Below, piece after piece: positions 38,745 through 46,900 of a stretch of 64,000 nucleotides of DNA. Origin of the DNA: Bacteroidales bacterium (lineage in GTDB: Bacteria; Bacteroidota; Bacteroidia; Bacteroidales; UBA932); the NCBI GenBank assembly GCA_031553765.1, contig JAVBKY010000003.1:112933-176932 (forward strand). The letters run 5' to 3'. Each line of letters opens with the position of its first letter. Within the stretch, counting starts at the first letter, position 1. A program made the position numbers and the translations under genes. The notes below the pieces were generated by a model, which saw only the letters and a list, made by a program, of their open reading frames with translations, had not been told where the DNA came from and searched no databases.

Positions 38745-39352
38745 TAGTGGGTTACGTCCTTATTTTCAATTTTGCTAAAGTCCTCTACATTGGTCAACTT
38801 TGCGAGGCTGGCAACGATTGTAGTTTGCAATCCTGTGCCGCCGTCTTGCGGCGTTGCCTTTCCGTTTTTAATCGCGTCAATAACACCGTCTATTCGGGCG
38901 CTCATTTTCTTTAGTTCGGCGGCAAGGGTCGGCGTTATGGTTAACCCGCCATTCTTGCCGTCGTTGAGCGTTATTTTTTTCTCTTTGGTAATTTCGGCGG
39001 TGGTGTCGCCCACCTTTAGCGCCGCCGACCCGTCAACAATTGTAAGTTCGACGGGGCTTTTTTCGCCGATTTTCAAAAGCGCTTTTTCAACGGTTTCCGT
39101 GAGTATCACCACCGCGGCGTTGGCGTTGAGAAAGGCAACAATAACGTGGCTGCCTTGCTTTGGAAAAAGTACCAAGCCCGCCTCGGTGCTTTGGTTGGCT
39201 TGCAGGTTTACGCCTAAAATCGGCGCGCTTTCGTCAATGGGTGAAACGTCCACCGTGCGCGCTTTCTCGTCGATAGCGTCCACCGTACAGACTTTGCAGT
39301 ACATTTCACCTGCGCGCTGCGCCAACAGTTTTATGGCTTCTTCTATGCTCAT
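38744..39352 (-). CDS. Baseplate spike / assembly protein V-like (putative)
   Basis: The N-terminal OB-like pattern (CKVCTVDAIDEKARTVDVSPID...GSHVIVAFL) and its position fit Mu gp45 / P2 gpV. Confidence 0.5.
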   Translation of the reverse strand: MSIEEAIKLLAQRAGEMYCKVCTVDAIDEKARTVDVSPIDESAPILGVNLQANQSTEAGLVLFPKQGSHVIVAFLNANAAVVILTETVEKALLKIGEKSPVELTIVDGSAALKVGDTTAEITKEKKITLNDGKNGGLTITPTLAAELKKMSARIDGVIDAIKNGKATPQDGGTGLQTTIVASLAKLTNVEDFSKIENKDVTH

Positions 39353-40329
39353 ACCTTGCTGCCCCCGTCCATGCGGTTGCCTATCTCTATGTTTTGCCGA
39401 TAGCCGCTTGCGCTGTACGTTATCGTATTTTTTTTGACTTGGTAAACGCCCATTTTTACGTCGTCGATTATCACCCCGACGCTATCCAGCTTATCAACCA
39501 AGTAGGCGCCGAATGTTTCAAAAGAACCTGTCAACCCGTCGCGCTTCAACCGCTTTAGCTCCTGTGTCGCCCATGCTTTGAGTTCGGCTTGCGTTTTTCC
39601 GTAGGCGTGTAGCGTTCGTACTTCGCCGTCGGCGTCGCCCACTTCCGCCTTTACTTTTTTATTGAATGCGTCGAGGCTAATCGCCTTAACTTTCAGCTTC
39701 ACATCGGCGGCGCTCTGCACGTTCAGCGCGTCGTCGTTTATGATGTTTAGGCGGTTGCTAAATACCTGCACACGGTCGCCTAACTTTTCAAATATTACGC
39801 CGCAGTACAGCGTCGGTGTTCCGTCGCTGTCGTACCGAAAAAAAGAGCGTATGCCTTGCTCTTTCCAAGCGTTGAGCAACGCCGCCACGGTGTCGGTATT
39901 TACGCGGTAGGCACCGAGGCTTTGTTCGCCTAAAACCTTGATTTTGCAGCTCAACTTTTGGTCTTTGAGTATTTGCTCAATCGTGGCGTTTTTGTAAGCT
40001 TTCTTTGTAGCGGGCTTATTCTTTAGCGCCCACATTTCGTCTTCGCAGGAAATAGCAATCGGCGTTTTTGCGCCTATGGTGGTAGCATACCCGCGGAACG
40101 CCACCACGTTTTTATCGTCGTACCCGAGCGATACCGTTACCACATCGCCTCGCTTTATCGGGTTGCTGCTTTCGCCCTGCCACTTCGATTTTTTCGGTAG
40201 CTTAATGGTGCAGGTACCCGTCAACACTTCCATATCCCGCACGATTTCGACGCTGTTTACCTTGTCGAATGTCCACACCTTGCCACCCGCTGCCGCTTTA
40301 ATCTCTATTTTACACGAAAGGCGAAACAC
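39349..40329 (-). CDS. Baseplate hub protein (P2 gpD / Mu gp44-like, putative)
   Basis: 326 aa, located after the tape measure and one small gene. Position and size fit. Confidence 0.45.
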   Translation of the reverse strand: MFRLSCKIEIKAAAGGKVWTFDKVNSVEIVRDMEVLTGTCTIKLPKKSKWQGESSNPIKRGDVVTVSLGYDDKNVVAFRGYATTIGAKTPIAISCEDEMWALKNKPATKKAYKNATIEQILKDQKLSCKIKVLGEQSLGAYRVNTDTVAALLNAWKEQGIRSFFRYDSDGTPTLYCGVIFEKLGDRVQVFSNRLNIINDDALNVQSAADVKLKVKAISLDAFNKKVKAEVGDADGEVRTLHAYGKTQAELKAWATQELKRLKRDGLTGSFETFGAYLVDKLDSVGVIIDDVKMGVYQVKKNTITYSASGYRQNIEIGNRMDGGSKV

Positions 40330-40364
40330 GTTTAAAATCCATTTAAGCCCATTTTAAAGGGCGT

Positions 40365-40973
40365 TTAATACTCGTTGCTTGTAATTATGTAATCTTCGTC
40401 CGAAATCGCCTTAATCTGCACGATTTGGCGGTTGCTGTGCGTCATTTGCTCAACGTCAAAGTCCGTAATAACAATTTTTGTAATATCGAAGAGTTGCAAG
40501 AAGTCGCTCTTAACGTAAATGGCTTCGCTCACCTTAAACAGCTCGCGCAGGTCGCGCACACCGTCGGCGGGGTACTTATCCACAATCTTACCGTCCTCGA
40601 CCGCCACCAGCCCCACCGAAATAGTAATATCAAAGTCGCCGTCGCTGATGTACTCTTTTATCGTTCCCTTTGCGCCAACGAGCGCCGTTTTGACAATATT
40701 TTTTGCCATAGAAACGGAGCATACTGCCTCGACAATGGTTAGGTCGTCCGCCGTTTCGGTTTTACCCAGCGCAAGGTCGGTTTCAAAGAACTTGCCCAGC
40801 GCCTCGACAGGCTGCACACCTACTGAAGTGCTATCGCTAACGCTTTGCTGCTCGGCTTTACTTCCCAGCGCCGCGTCAGAGGGGCGCTGCGGCTCCATTT
40901 TGTAAACGAGCGCTTTCGAGGCGGTTGCTACCGCCGCCGCTATAAACTTGTAGCTGACTACTTCAAAGCCCAT
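40365..40973 (-). CDS. Tail/baseplate protein of unknown function (Mu gp43 position)
   Basis: 202 aa, immediately downstream of the tape measure gene. Confidence 0.3.
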   Translation of the reverse strand: MGFEVVSYKFIAAAVATASKALVYKMEPQRPSDAALGSKAEQQSVSDSTSVGVQPVEALGKFFETDLALGKTETADDLTIVEAVCSVSMAKNIVKTALVGAKGTIKEYISDGDFDITISVGLVAVEDGKIVDKYPADGVRDLRELFKVSEAIYVKSDFLQLFDITKIVITDFDVEQMTHSNRQIVQIKAISDEDYIITSNEY

Positions 40974-40975
40974 TT

Positions 40976-42778
40976 TTACACAACGTAGTTTAAGTCGTTA
41001 ACGGAGCTGGTAAGCACCTCGGCAACCATTTGCTTAACGCGCGTAAGGTCTTCGCGCAGGTTGGTGGTGTTGATGTTGAACGTGTCAACGACGCGCTCAA
41101 TAACCACGTTAATATTTTTGATTTTTCCCGCGTTATCCTTTGCCGCCGTTTCGCCTATACCAGCAAGCGCGCCACCAATGGGGCTACCTGCCTTTTTTGA
41201 TAAGCCCAGCGTGAGGTCGTCGCCCGCCTCGACACCCTCTTTAGCGGCTTTCTTTTCCGCGTCTTTTGCTTGCTCGTTTTCCAAGTTTTTCGAGTACGCC
41301 GCTTTAGTACCCTGCACCGTTTCTTTTGCGCCGTTAAACGCATTGCTAACGGCTTCTACGCCCGTTATCTTTACAACGCCCGTTTTTGCTGCGTCCCAAG
41401 CGCCCGAAAAGTCGCCCTTAAACAGCTTCGCAATGGCAGAACCGAGCGCGCCCACGCCCTCAATTATGCCCGTTATTCGGTCAAGTACAAATGTTTTCAG
41501 CACACCCCCGAAACCCTTAACGGTATCCCATACGGTCAGAATAACAGCGCGGAACCCTGCAAACTTGTTCCAGCATAGCGCAACGCCCGTAACCAAGCCC
41601 GCCACCAGCGCAATAATTACGCCGATAGGGTTTGCGGTCATAACCGCGTTTAAAATGGCTTGCGCCCCCGTCCATATTTTGGTTGCGCCCGCGGCAACTC
41701 CCTGCGCCACCGTCCACGCCTTTGTAATACCTGTCAAAAATGCCGTTTTTATGGCGGCGGCATTGATAACAATAGCCAGCCCGCCGATAGCGACGCCAAG
41801 CCCTGCCATAATGGGATAGCCAACGCTCACCACATCGTACAGCCACTTGAACACGTCAATGGTGCCGCCTACGATATTCGCCACAACGTCAAAGGCTACG
41901 CCGATAGTCGTTGCAACGCCCATACATACGGTTGAAATGGTGTCGAAGTTGTTTTCAAACCAGCCGACAAGCGTGTTGATTTTTTCATGCAGTTTATCAA
42001 ATACCGGTGCAAGCGCCCCCTGTATATCAACGTACATTTTGCCAACGCGCTGCTTAATGGCATCCATTTCGTTCGCGCGCTGTTTAGCCTGTCCTACGTT
42101 AGTGGAGGCAAGGGCGGCATTCATGCCGCCCACGCTGGCGCTTACCACTTGGGCAAGCGTAGCGACGCGCTGTTGCTCGTTGCCGTACTTCAGTATTTTT
42201 TCCTGCGCCTCGGTAAACTTGTAGCCGTAGCGGGAAAGCGCACCAACCTGCCCGTCCATAACCTTACCCATCATAGAGCCGATTTGTACGGCTTGCTCCT
42301 GTGAAGCGTTGTAGCCGTACTGCTGGGCGACCATGTCGTTCATTACGGGCATGAGCGCCTTTAAACTTGCCGATTTGCTTAGGTAGGTGCCTAACTCCTG
42401 TGCGCCCGCGACCTGTATTTCGGAGCTGATAATTCCCAGCTTTTGCTGCTCTGCCGCCAGCCGCTTAATGCTCTCCACCTCGTCGTCCGAGGCGTTCATG
42501 GTATTGCGCATAACCTGCGCCAGCTTCGCCTCGGCTGCCGCCTGTATGTTGTACGTGCTCTCAAACCCGTTAAGCGTGTTGCGAACACCCGCTGCAATAG
42601 TCTTCACCGATTGCAAAACGGCGTTAAATCGAAAGGACGTTTGGCTTATTTTTTTCCAAAAAGTTTCTTGCTTTTCAATGGTGGCGGTGAGATTATTCAT
42701 AAGCGCGTCGATTTGAGCCACGCCGCTAAATACGTTGCCGCCTATGTTAATCGTAAAATTTAGATTGCCGCTTGACAT
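40976..42778 (-). CDS. Tail tape measure protein
   Basis: 600 aa. Helical N-terminal half and a Gly/Ala/Val-rich hydrophobic central block, located after the chaperone pair. Confidence 0.8.
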   Translation of the reverse strand: MSSGNLNFTINIGGNVFSGVAQIDALMNNLTATIEKQETFWKKISQTSFRFNAVLQSVKTIAAGVRNTLNGFESTYNIQAAAEAKLAQVMRNTMNASDDEVESIKRLAAEQQKLGIISSEIQVAGAQELGTYLSKSASLKALMPVMNDMVAQQYGYNASQEQAVQIGSMMGKVMDGQVGALSRYGYKFTEAQEKILKYGNEQQRVATLAQVVSASVGGMNAALASTNVGQAKQRANEMDAIKQRVGKMYVDIQGALAPVFDKLHEKINTLVGWFENNFDTISTVCMGVATTIGVAFDVVANIVGGTIDVFKWLYDVVSVGYPIMAGLGVAIGGLAIVINAAAIKTAFLTGITKAWTVAQGVAAGATKIWTGAQAILNAVMTANPIGVIIALVAGLVTGVALCWNKFAGFRAVILTVWDTVKGFGGVLKTFVLDRITGIIEGVGALGSAIAKLFKGDFSGAWDAAKTGVVKITGVEAVSNAFNGAKETVQGTKAAYSKNLENEQAKDAEKKAAKEGVEAGDDLTLGLSKKAGSPIGGALAGIGETAAKDNAGKIKNINVVIERVVDTFNINTTNLREDLTRVKQMVAEVLTSSVNDLNYVV

Positions 42779-42794
42779 TGTAAAGTTTTTTTTA

Positions 42795-42802
42795 TATCTT
42801 TG
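42795..42802 (+). promoter_or_regulatory. -7 promoter box (TATCTTTG) for the antisense ORF 42826-43071
   Basis: Matches TAnnTTTG 24 nt upstream of the ATG. Confidence 0.4.
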
Positions 42803-42825
42803 GAGTACGCTTAACGCTCAACACC

Positions 42826-43071
42826 ATGATTGTAGTTTATATCATACTTGCGTTGTTAGCATTTGCCGCTATCGGTTTTGTTGCAATGGTTGTAGCCGCT
42901 TTTGTAAAGCAAACCTACCAGCTTGCAACGGGCAAAATCACCCGTGCGCAGCTTGACGAAATGGCAAAGGCTGCAAAACCACTCAAACCCCGTAAGAAAA
43001 GGCGCTTTTTGGCTTCTGGTCACAGCTGGGATTATCCTGCTGAAATACGCAGCGCTTTAGGCTGGTTTTAG
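42826..43071 (+). CDS. Small membrane protein, antisense to the tail operon (moron candidate)
   Basis: 81 aa with an N-terminal TM helix (VVYIILALLAFAAIGFVAMVVAAF) and a basic tail (KPLKPRKKRRF). It fills a 290-nt gap that has no minus-strand ORF. Confidence 0.5.
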   Translation: MIVVYIILALLAFAAIGFVAMVVAAFVKQTYQLATGKITRAQLDEMAKAAKPLKPRKKRRFLASGHSWDYPAEIRSALGWF

Positions 43072-43630
43072 TCGCCTCTCTGCCACATTGCCGCCAGCAA
43101 TTGTGCTAAATTGTTTAGCCTAACACCCTCTAACCATACTGCCTCGCTGAATAGTAGCGCCCACCTTTCGGGGCTTAACGTACTCGGCTCGACGTGAAAG
43201 TTGGCTCGTATTAGGGCGTCGCCCTGTAAAAATTCGTCGGCAGGGTCGGCTTCTTCGTCCTTACCGCAAATCTTTAAAGAGTACGCCCCTACAAGTTTTT
43301 TATGCTTGCGGTTACGCCGTTGATTAGCACGTTGAGCTGACCGACCGCCGCCATTTTGAGCGAAGCGTCCTCGCGAATAAGCGGTGAACCGCCCAGCCAG
43401 CAATTTTCAAACAGGGCGTTTGCCGCCTTTATTTCGTCTGTCTTTCCCAACTTGTTGGCGGCTGCCAGCGTTTCCATATCGGCGCGCTTGAAGTACCCGA
43501 CGTGCGTTTCTTCGTCGTCTTGTAGCTCCACCTCTACAACCTTTCGGTGCTTGGCTTTCCACATCTTTACTTGCTCGTCCGTTACACCGCCGTTATTTTT
43601 TGGATAAAATGAAATGTTTTCTGCGCTCAT
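43068..43630 (-). CDS. Tail assembly chaperone, -1 frameshift fusion product (GT-like, about 187 aa)
   Basis: ORF 43068-43403 is in the -1 frame relative to 43289-43630. Slipping at A_AAA_AAC joins ...SIKN to LVGAYSLKICGKDEE... Confidence 0.6.
43289..43630 (-). CDS. Tail assembly chaperone (lambda G-like, frame 0 product)
   Basis: 113 aa, between the tube and tape measure genes. Ends ...ASIKNL* with the slippery heptamer at its 3' end. Confidence 0.7.
   Translation of the reverse strand: MSAENISFYPKNNGGVTDEQVKMWKAKHRKVVEVELQDDEETHVGYFKRADMETLAAANKLGKTDEIKAANALFENCWLGGSPLIREDASLKMAAVGQLNVLINGVTASIKNL
43295..43301 (-). other. Programmed -1 ribosomal frameshift slippery heptamer A_AAA_AAC
   Basis: Read directly: ...agc atA AAA AAC ttg tag in frame 0. 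Confidence 0.65.
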
Positions 43631-43707
43631 TTTCTTGTGTTTTTAGAAGTAAAAAAAATACGGCGGTCGGTACTGCCCGCCGTAGCTGTTTTATGGTTTG
43701 GTTCGGC

Positions 43708-44148
43708 TTATTTTGCCTTACCCCAGTCGATTTTTGAAACAACAGGCTCAAGCTCGACGGGTTGGTTGGTGTCGCCCTCTTTCCACTTACGCGAGTTTTC
43801 GGGGAATTGGCAATCGCGCACTACATCGTGAACGATTGCGCCATTGTCGGGCAAGTAGGATATCTGAATATCGAACGGTGCAATGTCTTGTATGCGCCCG
43901 TTTATAGAGTTCGCTTGGATTGCCAACACCTCACCCATTTCAAGCGTAACTTTTGCCCACGGCTCAATTCGTCCCTTGCCACGGCTCACGGGGTAACGCC
44001 CCGCCCCGTAGTGGTTTTTAATTTCCTGCTTTTCGCCGTACTCTATGGCGATAATGCCCGTAACGGGAATACCCGCAATACGGCAAACAATATCCGCCCA
44101 GCTGTATGCTATACCGTTAATCAACGGCACACCGTTTGTAATAGCCAT
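43708..44148 (-). CDS. Tail tube protein (putative)
   Basis: 146 aa, immediately after the sheath gene and before the chaperones. Confidence 0.55.
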   Translation of the reverse strand: MAITNGVPLINGIAYSWADIVCRIAGIPVTGIIAIEYGEKQEIKNHYGAGRYPVSRGKGRIEPWAKVTLEMGEVLAIQANSINGRIQDIAPFDIQISYLPDNGAIVHDVVRDCQFPENSRKWKEGDTNQPVELEPVVSKIDWGKAK

Positions 44149-44168
44149 TCTTTAAAAGATTTTTGAGG

Positions 44169-45341
44169 TTAAACACTTTCGGCGTAGCCAATTTTTATAG
44201 CACCCTTACGCAGTACGCCCACCGCCACGTTCTTAATCACCCACTCAACGGTTGACGTAGCAGCGACGTTTTGGTCGGGGTCTACCTCGGCTTTCCAGCC
44301 GCTTAGCTCACCCGCCTTTGTCATATCCGACAGCTGGTAGTTAGCGACGTTTTCCAAGTGCTGCACGGTATCAGCGGACAACTTGCCCGTGTCGGGGTCA
44401 ACGTAAAGCGGTGAGCCCATTTCGGGCAGCAGGTACGTGCGAATGCCGCGTACTGCCTTATCCATTGTGCGCGTTAGCTCCATGTTGCAGTAGTCGCTTG
44501 TCGGTGTGTCCATGTTGTGGCTATCGTTCATGTACGAGCCAGCGGTGCCGCTGTACGTAACAAAAAACAGATAGCGCGCGTTATCCAGCGCTTCAATCAC
44601 GCCGCTATCGTAGGAGCGTAACAGCGAACCGTCGCCAAAGGCGGGCAGCGCAATTCCCGTCGGGAACTTTTGTACCCACGAAATACTTTCGTTCACCTTT
44701 GCCGCTGACAGCAAGCCCAGCACCACACCAATACCCGAAACCGTCGCGCCGCTCCTGCCTTCGTCGGCGTGTAATTCTGCCGCCACGCCCTCGGCGTCCT
44801 GACCGATAACAATAGACACGTTCTTTTGGTTGGCGCCCGCTATATCGGTTGCCAGCGCGGTAACGTCCGACACCTGCGGCGCGTAAATAACCGATAGGGG
44901 AACGTCGGCGCTTTCAAGCGCTGTCGCCACGCCCTGCAAGTTGGTTACGTCCGTTTTTTCCAGCGCCTTTGCGCCGTTCCAAACGCCAATTTGTCGAATG
45001 TCGCCGCTTGCGAAGTTTTGCATTTGCTTCACCTCGGAAAACGTCGGTACGCCCGCGGACTTGGTGAACAAGCCAACGTACAGCGTAATGCCGTTGTTTA
45101 GGCGGTATATCTGCGATAGCTGGTAGTGCAGGTTGCGCACGTTCCAGCTGTCGGCGTCGGCGGTAATGCCGAGGCTCTCGGCGGTTTCGATAGACGAAAC
45201 CAGCTTAATGCGGTTCTTTTCAGAAAAGCCGCTGGGTAGCTCGTTAGCGTCGAGAAAGTACACCAAGCCGCTAATGTGGTCTTTACCTGCAAGCGCTTTC
45301 GGCACGTTGCCGTTGGTGCGCTTAAATGTTAGCTTATTCAT
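44169..45341 (-). CDS. Contractile tail sheath protein (putative, Mu gpL-like position)
   Basis: 390 aa. Assigned from gene order and size. Confidence 0.6.
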   Translation of the reverse strand: MNKLTFKRTNGNVPKALAGKDHISGLVYFLDANELPSGFSEKNRIKLVSSIETAESLGITADADSWNVRNLHYQLSQIYRLNNGITLYVGLFTKSAGVPTFSEVKQMQNFASGDIRQIGVWNGAKALEKTDVTNLQGVATALESADVPLSVIYAPQVSDVTALATDIAGANQKNVSIVIGQDAEGVAAELHADEGRSGATVSGIGVVLGLLSAAKVNESISWVQKFPTGIALPAFGDGSLLRSYDSGVIEALDNARYLFFVTYSGTAGSYMNDSHNMDTPTSDYCNMELTRTMDKAVRGIRTYLLPEMGSPLYVDPDTGKLSADTVQHLENVANYQLSDMTKAGELSGWKAEVDPDQNVAATSTVEWVIKNVAVGVLRKGAIKIGYAESV

Positions 45342-45588
45342 TGTCCTTTGATTTTCCTACGGGTAAAACATCGGGGTTCGCCAGCGTCTTGCCGTGGTTC
45401 TTGGCGTCGCACTCTGACGCAAATACGCTGCCGTCGGTAGTTACATAAACCTTGCCCAGCTCGGGGTTGAGTTTTAGCACCGCTTCACCGTTTTTTTGCA
45501 GCGCGGAAGCCACTGTTTTAACTTCCGAACCGGAACCTGCACCCGCTTGGTTGTCGTTCTTGGTGATGTTAGTAGTCTTTTTAGCCAT
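45334..45588 (-). CDS. Hypothetical hydrophilic protein
   Basis: 84 aa, overlaps the sheath start by 8 nt. Confidence 0.35.
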   Translation of the reverse strand: MAKKTTNITKNDNQAGAGSGSEVKTVASALQKNGEAVLKLNPELGKVYVTTDGSVFASECDAKNHGKTLANPDVLPVGKSKDNE

Positions 45589-45589
45589 T

Positions 45590-46096
45590 TTAAAGGGGTT
45601 TTAAATAGTTTTTAATACGTTTCCATAGTCGCAACAGTTGCCAGCCAAAAAACAGCCCCGCAATTGCGCCACATCCAAACCAGCGCCACACGTTTACACT
45701 TTTCTTTTCGACGCTTTCGGCGGCTTGGCTTTCGGTGCTGGCGTCGCTCTTAGCGTCGCCGCTTGCCAGCGTTGCCGCGTCGCTCTTTTTGTTTGAGGCG
45801 GTCGCCTCTTTGGTTTCACTCGCTGCGGCGGTAGTCGTTCTACGTTGCAGCGGTGGTGTTCCCGTGGCGGGGTCGGTCGGCTTTGAGGTGTCGAACTCTT
45901 CAACCACCGTTGAAACTTTCACATCGGTAGCGGTTGTTTTTACATCGCTTTCAATGGTCGTCTGCACGGTTGCTTCGAGCGTTTGCACCTCGGCGCTTTG
46001 CTCCAACTTTGCAGCGCTTGACGCCACACGGCTAACGCTACAACTAAACAAGCATAGGCTAACCGCCGCTAACAATATCGCCGACATCTTTTTCAT
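45590..46096 (-). CDS. Lipoprotein with C-terminal TM helix (o-spanin/u-spanin-like candidate)
   Basis: Lipobox-like signal (AVSLCLFSC), a long T/A/S/E-rich linker and a C-terminal TM segment (FGCGAIAGLFFGWQLLRLW). Confidence 0.45.
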   Translation of the reverse strand: MKKMSAILLAAVSLCLFSCSVSRVASSAAKLEQSAEVQTLEATVQTTIESDVKTTATDVKVSTVVEEFDTSKPTDPATGTPPLQRRTTTAAASETKEATASNKKSDAATLASGDAKSDASTESQAAESVEKKSVNVWRWFGCGAIAGLFFGWQLLRLWKRIKNYLKPL

Positions 46097-46436
46097 CTGC
46101 CAATTTTTTAACGAGCCGCGTAAGGCTCATTACTTTTTGTTCGAGGCTTTCCACCTTGCGCGTGAGCGTGGCTTTTTCTTCGAGCCATGCCGACTTTTCT
46201 TGCATGAGGTGAAGCGTCTTTTTTTGCTCCGCCGCGTACTTTTCCGTCGTTTCGCTGATGTGAGTAGTGAGGTTGCCGATAGAGGTTAACAGCGGCGTAA
46301 CCGCCTTTTCGAACAGCTCCAAATCGGTAGCCTTTTTTTCTCGCTTGGTTAGCAACTTGGAAAACCACCAGCCCACGCCGCCACCTATGAGAGTTGTAAC
46401 GACATACATTGCAACCTCTCGCATAAATTCACTCAT
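46059..46436 (-). CDS. N-terminal-TM coiled-coil protein (i-spanin- or holin-like candidate)
   Basis: TM segment AMYVVTTLIGGGVGWWF followed by heptad-rich helices. Overlaps the downstream lipoprotein gene by 38 nt. Confidence 0.45.
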   Translation of the reverse strand: MSEFMREVAMYVVTTLIGGGVGWWFSKLLTKREKKATDLELFEKAVTPLLTSIGNLTTHISETTEKYAAEQKKTLHLMQEKSAWLEEKATLTRKVESLEQKVMSLTRLVKKLADEKDVGDIVSGG

Positions 46437-46897
46437 TGCTCAATTCCGATTGATTTTAGCCACTTTTGCACGTCAAAGCACGGGCAGCTCGTCGCTGCTA
46501 ATTCGCCATGCCCTACAATGCGAACAAGGGGGTGTTTTGTGTGAAACTCCAACACGTACTTTGCGAGGCTTTCCAGCTGCGCAGGTGTGCGCGTGTCCTT
46601 TGCTGTTTTGCCGTCGGCGGCAAGTCCGCCAACGTACACAACGTGTCGGCTCACTTCATTGTAGCCCTTGGCGCCGTTGGTAATTTCCCACAAATCAACT
46701 TGCGCGTCCTCGTTATTGTCAACTAAGCGCTCCCACCTGCCGTCGAGGTGCAGCATATCGGTATAACCGACCTGCCGCCAGCCCCTGCCTTTGGGCTTCG
46801 CCGATGTATGCCACTCCCGAATTTCAGAGGCTTTCACTTCCCTGTTCTCGGGGGTGGCAGTATCGTGAATAACGAGGTACTTCAAGTTCCTTGCCAT
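46433..46897 (-). CDS. N-acetylmuramoyl-L-alanine amidase endolysin (Amidase_2/PGRP, T7-lysozyme-like)
   Basis: YLVIHDTAT...GYTDMLHLDG...VGHGELAATSCPCFD provides the Zn-ligand pattern H...H...C. Confidence 0.8.
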   Translation of the reverse strand: MARNLKYLVIHDTATPENREVKASEIREWHTSAKPKGRGWRQVGYTDMLHLDGRWERLVDNNEDAQVDLWEITNGAKGYNEVSRHVVYVGGLAADGKTAKDTRTPAQLESLAKYVLEFHTKHPLVRIVGHGELAATSCPCFDVQKWLKSIGIEQ

Positions 46898-46900
46898 TCG

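Noticed and set aside
41061-41819. 252-aa plus-strand ORF, plus several others, inside the tape measure gene.
   Set aside because: They are antisense shadows of a Gly/Ala-rich coding region, with Ser/Pro/Ala-rich nonsense-like translations. The minus-strand tape measure ORF explains the region.
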